Below are positions 55,159 to 63,015 of a DNA stretch of 63,015 bases, one piece after another (positions within the stretch are counted from its first letter, which is position 1; each line of letters begins with the position of its first letter). The notes under the pieces were generated by a model that saw nothing but the letters and a program-made list of their open reading frames with translations, searched no databases and was not told where the DNA came from. Source of the DNA: a virus (taxonomy: Duplodnaviria; Caudoviricetes); the IMG/VR virus record IMGVR_UViG_3300009496_001865, positions 1 through 63,015 of that record. The stretch is one strand, 5' to 3'. A program made the translations under genes and the position numbers.

Positions 55159-58100
55159 TTATCTGTCCGTTCTTAATACTTGTTGGTTTATTTTATCTAC
55201 TATTTCTATGTCATTCACTGTTGCTGTGCTTAAAAACAACTGATATGGTTCTGCTTTAACCTGGAATAAGTCTCCAAATGCTCCGGAAGTATTTTTAGGA
55301 AGTATAACAATACTGCCTATGTTACTACCTAATCGCTGATGCACAAAACTTGATAATTCTGTAAAGTAAAAAGTCTCACCGTAGTCCCAATTCTTAACAT
55401 CGAAGTAAGTGTTAAATGCACTAATAATCTTAGACTTAATTTCATTATCACTCATTGTTGTTCCTGGAAGTTTTACTACTTTAAATTTTGCTTGGTTAGT
55501 TGCCTCTGCATCTGTTCCAAACAATAACTTAAACTCTGCACTCTTATAAACAATAGCATCACTGGCATTTTTAAACTCATCTAATTTCTTAAACTCTGTT
55601 GCCAATTCTGCACTTGTTGGTGGTAGCGGATATGTTGTTCCTAAAATATTTTTATATTTTTGTATTTCAGTGTTGTATGACTCTGTTAAAACAAGCATCT
55701 CAACTATGTTGCTAATACTAGGATCAATTCTTACATCTTTAGGAGCAACATGTTTCCATTTTAAAACAACTTCGTCGTCACTCTGAATTGCTGTATTTTG
55801 TCCTGATGCTCTACCATTTCTAACAAAGTAATCTTTTGTTTCATATGCGGCAATAACATTTGTATTGGTGCTACTTTTAACTAGTTCATAAATTTTTTCA
55901 TTTGCATTATCGTATAATACTAGTCCTGAAAATAAACCTGATGTATTATTAAAACTATTAATGTAAGTTGAATCTTTAAGTATAATAACTTTTTGATCTG
56001 ATATTGCTACAGGACTAGAAAAACTAGTAGGGCCAACGGTATCTGCGGCTACGTCTACTTTAATAACTGTTTCTTTTCTTAGATCTTGTATGCTTCCTGT
56101 TAAAGGTCTATCGTAAGTATAACCATCAAAGTCTTTGTAATACTCAAAGAATATTAAATCATCTGCACTAACAAAATCTTCAAACTGCAACGGTTCATTA
56201 GGAACTTTGTCGCCGTCTGTGTCCACTGGTGATACTATAACCTTTCTGTTATCTGTATACCCGTCATCATATTTTACAACATCTGTTATTTCCCAAACTA
56301 TGTCTTTATCAAGTTTTCTTCTGTCTTGCTTGTATATAACATCAAATTTATCTTGACTAATAGCACCAGTTCTATCTGTTACAAAACTGTGTCGCATAAC
56401 AGTTGGCTTTAAATTTCCATCCCAGTTAGTCACTGACAATGTTCCTTCACCAGCCGCTATTTGTGTTGCATTTGCAAAGTTTCTTATTCTACCTTGAACT
56501 AATCCTGTTGCTTTGTCTAATGTTGTTCCATTAGATTGTGCTATGAAAACTTTTTCACTGCCGTCTGTCATTTGATCTCGGTATACAACATTACCACCCG
56601 AATTATAAATGTTGCTATTAAATGTTGTAATACTGAACGATACGTTTACATTATTTGGCCAAAAGTTTACAATACCTGAACTATTAGAAAGTGTTGCTTT
56701 TTGAAAATTCGAATTTACTGTATAAATTCCTGATTCTGTTTTACTGTATGGTGCTGTTTGGATTGATATTGATTGTGCATCAACAAACAGGTTTCCTGTT
56801 GTTGGATCGTCATCACCGTTTCTGTAAATCCCTAAATTAGTTCTCCACTGTATTTCTACGTCATGATATTTTGTGTCTCTAGTTCTTAAAGGCAGTTGAG
56901 GATTACCATTTATCGGTTTATAATATTCGCCTGTTTCACTACTAATGTATACATTACCTATACCGTCCTGATAATCTGGATGCATACTCCATGTAAATGT
57001 TTCTTTACCGCCTGGTTTAAAGTTTACTTTAGTTAAAATAATTTGATCTTTACTTGCTGAATTAGTTGTATCTGTTACTTTAATATTTGTAATATTATAA
57101 AACTTAAGATCTTTTTTACTTTGAATTATATATTTTTGTCCTCTGCAAGTTACATTATAACTATAATTTGATCCTACGCCTGGTTGGTAAGTAAACATTA
57201 GTAACCAACTAGCATCTAATCCTGCATCTGTAGTATTTTGATTATATTGTGCATTCCAGTCGCTTGTTTTGTTTAAATTATTATTAGTAATAACATACCA
57301 ATTATCTAATTCAGGATCGTAACCTAAACCAAATGTTTTTCTATTTTCTAACTCGCTAACAACTGCTGTTGTTTCACTCGATTTAAATGTTCTTCTAAGT
57401 GTTGACACAAATTCATCTACTCTCCAACCATGTTGAACTTTTGCACTTAATTTTATAGGACCAACTGATGTTGATATTCCGCTTGATAAGTCGCCGTTGT
57501 TATCTACACTAATAATTCTTACCCACTTGTATTCTGATACATTAGAAGGATTTACAAATTTAAAATAATTGTTTGGTGCAAACATTTTGAATTGATTGTA
57601 ATCTGTTCTAAGAACATTATCTATTCCTGTCTTGTCTTCTAGGAAGTAACCTGTAATGCTATCACTTACTACTGTAGGCAATGTCATCCATCTAATGTTT
57701 GCTCCGGTTAGTTCCCATTTTGTTTCGTCTTCGGTTTTCCATGACTTTCTAAATTTGTCATATCCAAAATTTATAAGTTCTTGTGATTTTAGTAATTCAG
57801 GAATTTGAACTGCTGTTGCTTCTAAAGGCGTAATACTATTGCTAAGACTTAAAATTTTACTTGTATTTTTAATTTCCGAATACAATGCACCGTCATTAGC
57901 AAAAGTATCTACATTTTGATATGTTCCAGTAGGATCGTTAATATCAATGTATCTACTATGCCCTGCATGTGTTTTATTAATTGCTTTTAATTTTTTAATG
58001 TTTGCACTTTGACTGAATGGAAACACATTATAGTCTTGAGCACTTACCATTCTGTTTTGTGTATAATAAGTTTGTGGTGCCCTTTCTTTAATTGCTTCTA

Positions 58101-59340
58101 AGTCTTCACCACCTACACTATTACCAACTGATTCTCTTAAAGAAAATGTTACTGTTAATGTGTGGTTCTCGCCTGTTTGTGAAACATAAGGTATGCCAAC
58201 TGTCTGAAGTCTTGCATCATCTGGATATATAGTGTATGATTCTGCATCACTAACTCTGTAATAAAACCTAAAGTTGCCAAAAGGTATGTTACCAAAGTTG
58301 CTGTCTGGAAATCTTATTCTTATTCCGTCATTGTCTAAGTTCTCAATTGAATACAGATTTCTTTGATCAAATGCAAGATTATTATAATATAGTGTTTGAC
58401 CTACAGTATTTGGAATCTTTTTCCATTCATTAATTACTGCACCTGTGCTGTCAACTTCTTGCAAGAAGCAATCTGTTTCATTAATGCCTGCAACTTCTAT
58501 ATCTACTGTTCTATTTTCTACAGGTGTAGTAAAGTTTAAATTAGCAACTTTAAAGTCGCCTTGCTTAAACAATAAGAAAAATCCTGTTGAATTACTGCTA
58601 ACACCTAATCCATCGTTTTGATAGATTAGATTAAAATTGTTTGTAGGATTTGGATGTCTTTCAAAATATACATCATTATCTAAAAAGTCTGGGTTTACTA
58701 TTTCAAAGTTTCTATCCACACCTGATGTTGATAAGTTAAAGTCAAACGCCAATGCGTTTGTTACAGGAGTATTAATCTCATACAGTTCTGTATTGATGCC
58801 TGCAACTTTACCTGCTTTAGCAGGTTGTGAAAATCTATTGTATGAAGCCATCGCAGAATTTAAAATTGTTATAAACTGCTCATATGCTTCTGGATTGTTT
58901 GCATCATCCCAGAAAACATTTACATTATTAATGTCATTGCCTATACTATCTTGTATTGGTTCTGTTGTTGATACTGCATCAATTTTCATTAATCCACTTG
59001 CAGGAATATTTCTTTTAGGATTGTATCCTAACATTCTTGCAAGTTTAAATACTGAGTCTCTTCTTTCAGCAGTTTCTAAAAAGTTTTCTCTTGTATTGAC
59101 ATCCATTCTAAATGCAAGTGACTGAGAAAGAAATGATAGCATTTCTATAATTGCTATGAACTCTGAACTTTCTATGTAATCGTTAAATGTCTCTGGAAAA
59201 TTTGTTCTGATATATTCTATGAGGGACGCTCTGACAGTATCAAAATCATAGGCTTGAAAATCTACTTCACTGAATGCTTTATATGCCACTTTCCAATCTT
59301 CTGCGGCAAATAAATTATTTTGTCTTGATATAAGTGCCAT
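55159..59340 (-). CDS. gp6: Baseplate wedge subunit, T4 gp6-like (enlarged)
   Basis: YDFDTVRASL..Y...FNDY.ESS, ENFLETAERRDSV.KLA.MLGY.PKR, and E.LEAIK.RAP..Y.TQNR.V...DY. Follows gp25. Confidence 0.85.
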   Translation of the reverse strand: MALISRQNNLFAAEDWKVAYKAFSEVDFQAYDFDTVRASLIEYIRTNFPETFNDYIESSEFIAIIEMLSFLSQSLAFRMDVNTRENFLETAERRDSVFKLARMLGYNPKRNIPASGLMKIDAVSTTEPIQDSIGNDINNVNVFWDDANNPEAYEQFITILNSAMASYNRFSQPAKAGKVAGINTELYEINTPVTNALAFDFNLSTSGVDRNFEIVNPDFLDNDVYFERHPNPTNNFNLIYQNDGLGVSSNSTGFFLLFKQGDFKVANLNFTTPVENRTVDIEVAGINETDCFLQEVDSTGAVINEWKKIPNTVGQTLYYNNLAFDQRNLYSIENLDNDGIRIRFPDSNFGNIPFGNFRFYYRVSDAESYTIYPDDARLQTVGIPYVSQTGENHTLTVTFSLRESVGNSVGGEDLEAIKERAPQTYYTQNRMVSAQDYNVFPFSQSANIKKLKAINKTHAGHSRYIDINDPTGTYQNVDTFANDGALYSEIKNTSKILSLSNSITPLEATAVQIPELLKSQELINFGYDKFRKSWKTEDETKWELTGANIRWMTLPTVVSDSITGYFLEDKTGIDNVLRTDYNQFKMFAPNNYFKFVNPSNVSEYKWVRIISVDNNGDLSSGISTSVGPIKLSAKVQHGWRVDEFVSTLRRTFKSSETTAVVSELENRKTFGLGYDPELDNWYVITNNNLNKTSDWNAQYNQNTTDAGLDASWLLMFTYQPGVGSNYSYNVTCRGQKYIIQSKKDLKFYNITNIKVTDTTNSASKDQIILTKVNFKPGGKETFTWSMHPDYQDGIGNVYISSETGEYYKPINGNPQLPLRTRDTKYHDVEIQWRTNLGIYRNGDDDPTTGNLFVDAQSISIQTAPYSKTESGIYTVNSNFQKATLSNSSGIVNFWPNNVNVSFSITTFNSNIYNSGGNVVYRDQMTDGSEKVFIAQSNGTTLDKATGLVQGRIRNFANATQIAAGEGTLSVTNWDGNLKPTVMRHSFVTDRTGAISQDKFDVIYKQDRRKLDKDIVWEITDVVKYDDGYTDNRKVIVSPVDTDGDKVPNEPLQFEDFVSADDLIFFEYYKDFDGYTYDRPLTGSIQDLRKETVIKVDVAADTVGPTSFSSPVAISDQKVIILKDSTYINSFNNTSGLFSGLVLYDNANEKIYELVKSSTNTNVIAAYETKDYFVRNGRASGQNTAIQSDDEVVLKWKHVAPKDVRIDPSISNIVEMLVLTESYNTEIQKYKNILGTTYPLPPTSAELATEFKKLDEFKNASDAIVYKSAEFKLLFGTDAEATNQAKFKVVKLPGTTMSDNEIKSKIISAFNTYFDVKNWDYGETFYFTELSSFVHQRLGSNIGSIVILPKNTSGAFGDLFQVKAEPYQLFLSTATVNDIEIVDKINQQVLRTDR

Positions 59341-59341
59341 G

Positions 59342-59710
59342 TTATACTAACTCCTCATTTATAAATTCTAGATAAAGTGTATCAGAGGATCGTAAAACGT
59401 TAAATGAGATATCAACTTCACATCTTACTGTATGGTCTAATACTACTACTCTAATGTCGTTGAGACTAACTCTACTATCTGACTCTATTATTCTTTCTAC
59501 ATCTTCTCTAATATCGCTTTCGGTCATACCATCTAAAGGATTCATTATGATATCATGTATAATACTTCCAAAGTTAGGTCGCATAAGACGTTCACCTCTT
59601 TTTGTATAAAAATGATTGAGCAAATCTCTTTTAATTAATTCCTCATCACTTAAAGTATACGGGGCCTTGCTTTTGCCGATTGTGTTAAATCCTCTAAATA
59701 TTGTAGCCAT
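59342..59710 (-). CDS. gp25: Baseplate wedge protein, T4 gp25-like
   Basis: IKRDLLNHFYTKRGERLMRPNFGS...DSRV. Start reassigned to ATG 59710 (TAAATA-N5-ATG). Confidence 0.9.
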   Translation of the reverse strand: MATIFRGFNTIGKSKAPYTLSDEELIKRDLLNHFYTKRGERLMRPNFGSIIHDIIMNPLDGMTESDIREDVERIIESDSRVSLNDIRVVVLDHTVRCEVDISFNVLRSSDTLYLEFINEELV

Positions 59711-59715
59711 ACTTG

Positions 59716-59721
59716 TATTTA
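59716..59721 (-). promoter_or_regulatory. T4-late-type TAAATA box for gp25/gp6/giant protein
   Basis: GATAAATA CAAGT ATG. Confidence 0.65.
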
Positions 59722-59790
59722 TCAAAATCATTAAAAGAAGTTTTAATAAAGATATATGCCAGAATTCCGTGCTTTAAACAACAAATATAG

Positions 59791-59796
59791 TAAATA
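59791..59796 (+). promoter_or_regulatory. Possible TAAATA late-type box for the plus-strand three-gene block
   Basis: GTAAATA about 30 nt upstream of ATG 59827, with a GAGG Shine-Dalgarno. The AT-rich context weakens the call. Confidence 0.4.
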
Positions 59797-59826
59797 TTAT
59801 TTTTAATTAATCACATTGAGGAAACA

Positions 59827-60081
59827 ATGTATAACATTCAAAAAGAGTTTGACAAAATATGGTCCAAGGCCAGAGAGGCAAATAAAACCGCAGGCATGGA
59901 ACGTTTTCGCAAAATAGAAGAAGCAAAAGGTTCAAAATTTAAAACATATGGAATTTATGATGTAAAGACTCATAAGTATGTGCTTTTCGATAGTATCAAC
60001 TTTGCTGGTAACTTTAGGTATGACAAAAATACACGACCTGATGAACTTTTACAAATGGGTATGCTTATAAGCAATGCCTAA
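59827..60081 (+). CDS. Hypothetical protein
   Basis: 84-aa ORF with GAGG Shine-Dalgarno, overlapping the hydrolase start. Confidence 0.65.
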   Translation: MYNIQKEFDKIWSKAREANKTAGMERFRKIEEAKGSKFKTYGIYDVKTHKYVLFDSINFAGNFRYDKNTRPDELLQMGMLISNA

Positions 60082-60709
60082 TGTAATTTATATACATGGT
60101 GCTAATGCTGATTCAGACAACTTTAATTACTACAAACTAAAACTACCTGAGCACAAATCTATTGCTCCTAATTACGATATGTCGGAAGATCCGTTTGATC
60201 TCGTCATGGCATTTAAAAACAGAAAAGATAAAGAATTTGGTGACGAAAAAGTTATATTAGTAGGACACAGTTTTGGTGGAATAATTGCTTCTTGGTATGC
60301 CAGTGTATTTCAAGAACATGTAAGCCATTTAGTAACTATAGCAACACCATGGGAAGGAACACCAGTAGCAAGAATTTTTGGTTACTTTTGGCGTAATTCA
60401 GATGTTTTTAAAAACACAATGCCTGGTGCTACAGTTTTAGCAATGTTACAAGAAAAAAAGTATAACGGGCCACACACAAATATAATTTGCACAAGAGGAG
60501 CAAACCCAGTTGCAGGTATAGGTGGAAAAGCAAACGATGGAATGATATCTTGTGACAGCCAAAGTAAAACTCCTGCAGGCTTTAAAAACACTCAAACGCA
60601 CCACATAGAAGCAGGACATAGTGGAGTTTTGTTAAATAATACTGTAACAGAAATGTTACACAAAATATTAATCGGTGATAACAATGAACGATTGGTCGAC
60701 ACTGAATGA
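60074..60709 (+). CDS. Alpha/beta hydrolase (esterase/lipase-like)
   Basis: Oxyanion YIHGA, nucleophile elbow VGHSFGG, LVTIATPWEG, acid NDGMI, and His in AGHSG. Confidence 0.85.
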   Translation: MPNVIYIHGANADSDNFNYYKLKLPEHKSIAPNYDMSEDPFDLVMAFKNRKDKEFGDEKVILVGHSFGGIIASWYASVFQEHVSHLVTIATPWEGTPVARIFGYFWRNSDVFKNTMPGATVLAMLQEKKYNGPHTNIICTRGANPVAGIGGKANDGMISCDSQSKTPAGFKNTQTHHIEAGHSGVLLNNTVTEMLHKILIGDNNERLVDTE

Positions 60710-60884
60710 CACTCTAGAAGAGCAACTTCGTAGAGAATTAATAGATCTTAAGAAGCATAACGATGCATTACAAAATCGTATAGCAATGCTTGAAAACTCT
60801 GTCAAAACAGAACAAGAGCAAAAGTATAATGCTTATAAAAGAATAAGTGAATTAGTTAAAACTACCCATAACGAGCAAACTTAA
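60684..60884 (+). CDS. Small coiled-coil hypothetical protein
   Basis: Heptad pattern LEEQLRRELIDLKKHNDALQNRIAMLENSV. Confidence 0.6.
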   Translation: MNDWSTLNDTLEEQLRRELIDLKKHNDALQNRIAMLENSVKTEQEQKYNAYKRISELVKTTHNEQT

Positions 60885-63015
60885 TAGCCTTAGCCATTGC
60901 TCCAAAACTAGAACCATCTTCAAATTTAGGTATAGTTACACTATCAGGAGTTTGAAATAACTCGCCATACAGCATACCTCTTTCAATATAATCTCGTCTA
61001 GTCTTAGGACGTCTGCTATAACCTACGGTTCCTTTATTAAAGTCTAGCATACTGTTAGGAACTTTAGAATATTCAGCCGCTTTTACAAACTGCAATGCTC
61101 TGCTGTTTTTAAAGTTTTCTATCCCTACATGATCTGCTAATAAAGTTAATGATGCTAGTTGATTGTCTGATAATTGACTGTTACCAACATATTCGCTTAC
61201 AACATTACTTGTTCTTCTTAAATCAGATGCAGTCATAAGATTGTTTGCTACAGCACCTACTCCACCTCTAGTGTCTATTATGAAACTGCCGTCCTTAGAA
61301 GTATAAATTTTGCTTAGTCCATCTCTAGAAACATTAATCCCTAATTTACTTAAAAGAGGACCTGTATCTTCGCCTGACTTTTCTGCGGCCTGTATTAATG
61401 CTATACCTCTAGTTAGATCGCCCATGGATATATCATTAGTATCAACTCTTTCGCTGTTGGCGTTCACTGCTACTGTTTTTGTTATTGCTTCTATGTCACT
61501 AATCTTTCTACCTGAGCCAAGTATTTTATAATTACCTGGAGTCTTAGTGGGTGCTTGTAATGGTTTTACACCTGCTGTTATAGCCGATACTGCTGTGGCC
61601 ATTGCATTTGTTTCTTCTAACTTTTTATTAAATGCAGGAGTAAAGTTTGATGATACATTCTTATCTGGTTCATTGTATAAAGGATTATTGTTGTTGTCAT
61701 ACCCTGGTGATGATTGATATCCTGCAGGTGAATTACTATCTGCAGGTGTTTCGCCTAGAGGTCCGATAACACCATTTGAATTTGGTGCCATTGCATCTGC
61801 AATACTTTCGTCTGGAACAATACTGTTTTGATTCTCATTTTCCGGATCAGCCGAGGCATGTCCGGCAAATGGTTCTGATGTAATTAAATTACTAACAATT
61901 GACTTCATCTTATACTTGTCTCTTCTGCCACCAGTAGGCAGTAATGTATCGCCTTCTCTGTCATACTCTGGCTGTTTGTTTAGATGGTCTTCGTAATCAT
62001 GTGCAAGTATGTTTTCTAACTCTGCCGCGTCATTTTCTCCTGGTTCTGTGGGGTCGGAGCCTCCGCTATTCATTAATACTTTCGAACCTTTTTCAACAAT
62101 CTGTGCGCCTTTCATAGTTACATCACCTCCGGCTTTTATACTATATTTTGCACCTGATTTATTTGAAATTTCGTTTGATGCTAGTATTTCTATATCTCCG
62201 TTGGCCGCTTCTTGTTTAATACTACCTGAAGCATGTGTTGTAACATCACCGGCAATAGACCTATTTAAAATACTTGCGCCTGCAATATTTTTTATTTCGC
62301 CTTCTGCATCTATGTGTATATTGCCCCCAGAGCCATTGCCTGCTCCTTTAAAATCACTGCCTAATGTATCCATGGCCGCTTTAATATTAATGTCTTTACC
62401 TGCTTCTATGTTTATATTATAGTCTGCTCTAAGATTAAAATTTTGTTTTGCTCTCATGTTAATAGAGCCTTCACCGAATACATGTATGTCCCCTAATGAA
62501 TTCATCTCTATCCATGCTCTACCGCTTTTATTAATTAGATAAATTATACCCTCGTTGTCATCTAGTAATACTTGATTGCCTTCTGCACTTCTAATTCGAA
62601 TCTGCCTTGAATCTAAATTATCATCCATTACAAATTGATGTCCGCCCAATCTAACGTCAAAGTCTTTATCTGCTCCTGTTATTGCACTCTTACGAGGACC
62701 AGGTGTTAGTATACCAAAAACTTCACTTGGAGATTCTCTTCTTGAGCCACTATCTCCTGCACCTCTTGTTGCATCGCCGATTAGTCCTTGTTTTACTATT
62801 GCTTCTGAAAGTGTATGTTGAATTGGTCTAAATGTATCGTTATGCCTTACATCTGCTGTTCTTTTATTTTTTTCTACAGTAGGTAATAATTTTGTAGGGT
62901 CTTGATAATTTTTTCCTGCTGGTAACCCTGGAACCATATTAGCAAACATGTCTGGGTATAAACAACTTATAACAAATGGAAATTTAGTATTGCCGTCACC
63001 AAAAGCAACTAATAC
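60862..63015 (-). CDS. gp5: Baseplate hub/central spike, T4 gp5/VgrG-like (5' end outside the window), with a degenerate C-terminal GH24-like lysozyme region
   Basis: The frame is open to the window edge (VLVAFGDGNTKFPFVISCLYPDMFANMVPG, OB-fold-like end). HQFVMDD..IRIRSA.GNQVLLDD..IYLIN..G.AWIEM, beta-helix repeats (INIEAGKDINIKA), then LSDNQLASL..HVG.ENF..S.AL. Confidence 0.8.
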   Translation of the reverse strand, partial: VLVAFGDGNTKFPFVISCLYPDMFANMVPGLPAGKNYQDPTKLLPTVEKNKRTADVRHNDTFRPIQHTLSEAIVKQGLIGDATRGAGDSGSRRESPSEVFGILTPGPRKSAITGADKDFDVRLGGHQFVMDDNLDSRQIRIRSAEGNQVLLDDNEGIIYLINKSGRAWIEMNSLGDIHVFGEGSINMRAKQNFNLRADYNINIEAGKDINIKAAMDTLGSDFKGAGNGSGGNIHIDAEGEIKNIAGASILNRSIAGDVTTHASGSIKQEAANGDIEILASNEISNKSGAKYSIKAGGDVTMKGAQIVEKGSKVLMNSGGSDPTEPGENDAAELENILAHDYEDHLNKQPEYDREGDTLLPTGGRRDKYKMKSIVSNLITSEPFAGHASADPENENQNSIVPDESIADAMAPNSNGVIGPLGETPADSNSPAGYQSSPGYDNNNNPLYNEPDKNVSSNFTPAFNKKLEETNAMATAVSAITAGVKPLQAPTKTPGNYKILGSGRKISDIEAITKTVAVNANSERVDTNDISMGDLTRGIALIQAAEKSGEDTGPLLSKLGINVSRDGLSKIYTSKDGSFIIDTRGGVGAVANNLMTASDLRRTSNVVSEYVGNSQLSDNQLASLTLLADHVGIENFKNSRALQFVKAAEYSKVPNSMLDFNKGTVGYSRRPKTRRDYIERGMLYGELFQTPDSVTIPKFEDGSSFGAMAKAIKFARYG

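Noticed and set aside
1-63015. Stop-codon reassignment, introns/inteins, tRNAs, CRISPR arrays, DGR repeats
   Set aside because: Standard-code ORFs tile the window with minimal gaps, and I saw no such signatures by eye. tRNAscan-SE, Infernal and a self dot-plot would be needed to exclude them formally.

Overview
AT-rich, gene-dense segment of a large T4-like/jumbo myophage genome in the standard genetic code. I saw no tRNA, CRISPR array or mobile element. The right part (about 35.3-63 kb, mostly minus strand) is the tail/baseplate module: a partial gp5-like hub with a degenerate lysozyme, gp25, a gp6-like wedge, a 5403-aa giant virion protein, and fibres, one with a peptidase-G2-like chaperone. 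Directly downstream (about 2.6-34.2 kb) lies a ~31.5 kb glycan synthesis and tailoring island. It encodes eight N-terminal-twitch radical SAM enzymes, a NodU/TobZ-type carbamoyltransferase, five SGNH-like proteins, NeuA, NeuB and a degenerate NeuB copy, a UDP-sugar dehydrogenase, sulfotransferase-, methyltransferase- and kinase-like proteins, and about six glycosyltransferase-like proteins, one with ten tandem GT-like repeats. I found three small ORFs missing from the supplied track: a Bfd-type [2Fe-2S] ferredoxin (5311-5490), a 58-aa peptide ending in PFIYR that is coupled to the carbamoyltransferase (11512-11688), and a 51-aa ORF (32993-33148). T4-late-type TAAATA boxes, six of them exactly 5 nt before an ATG, precede both structural and island genes. 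Best hypothesis (inference): a late-expressed virion glycosylation system that includes a soluble carbamoyltransferase -> Tyr-peptide -> SGNH relay analogous to DltB/DltX/DltD. All family calls come from motif recognition by eye, not from database searches.
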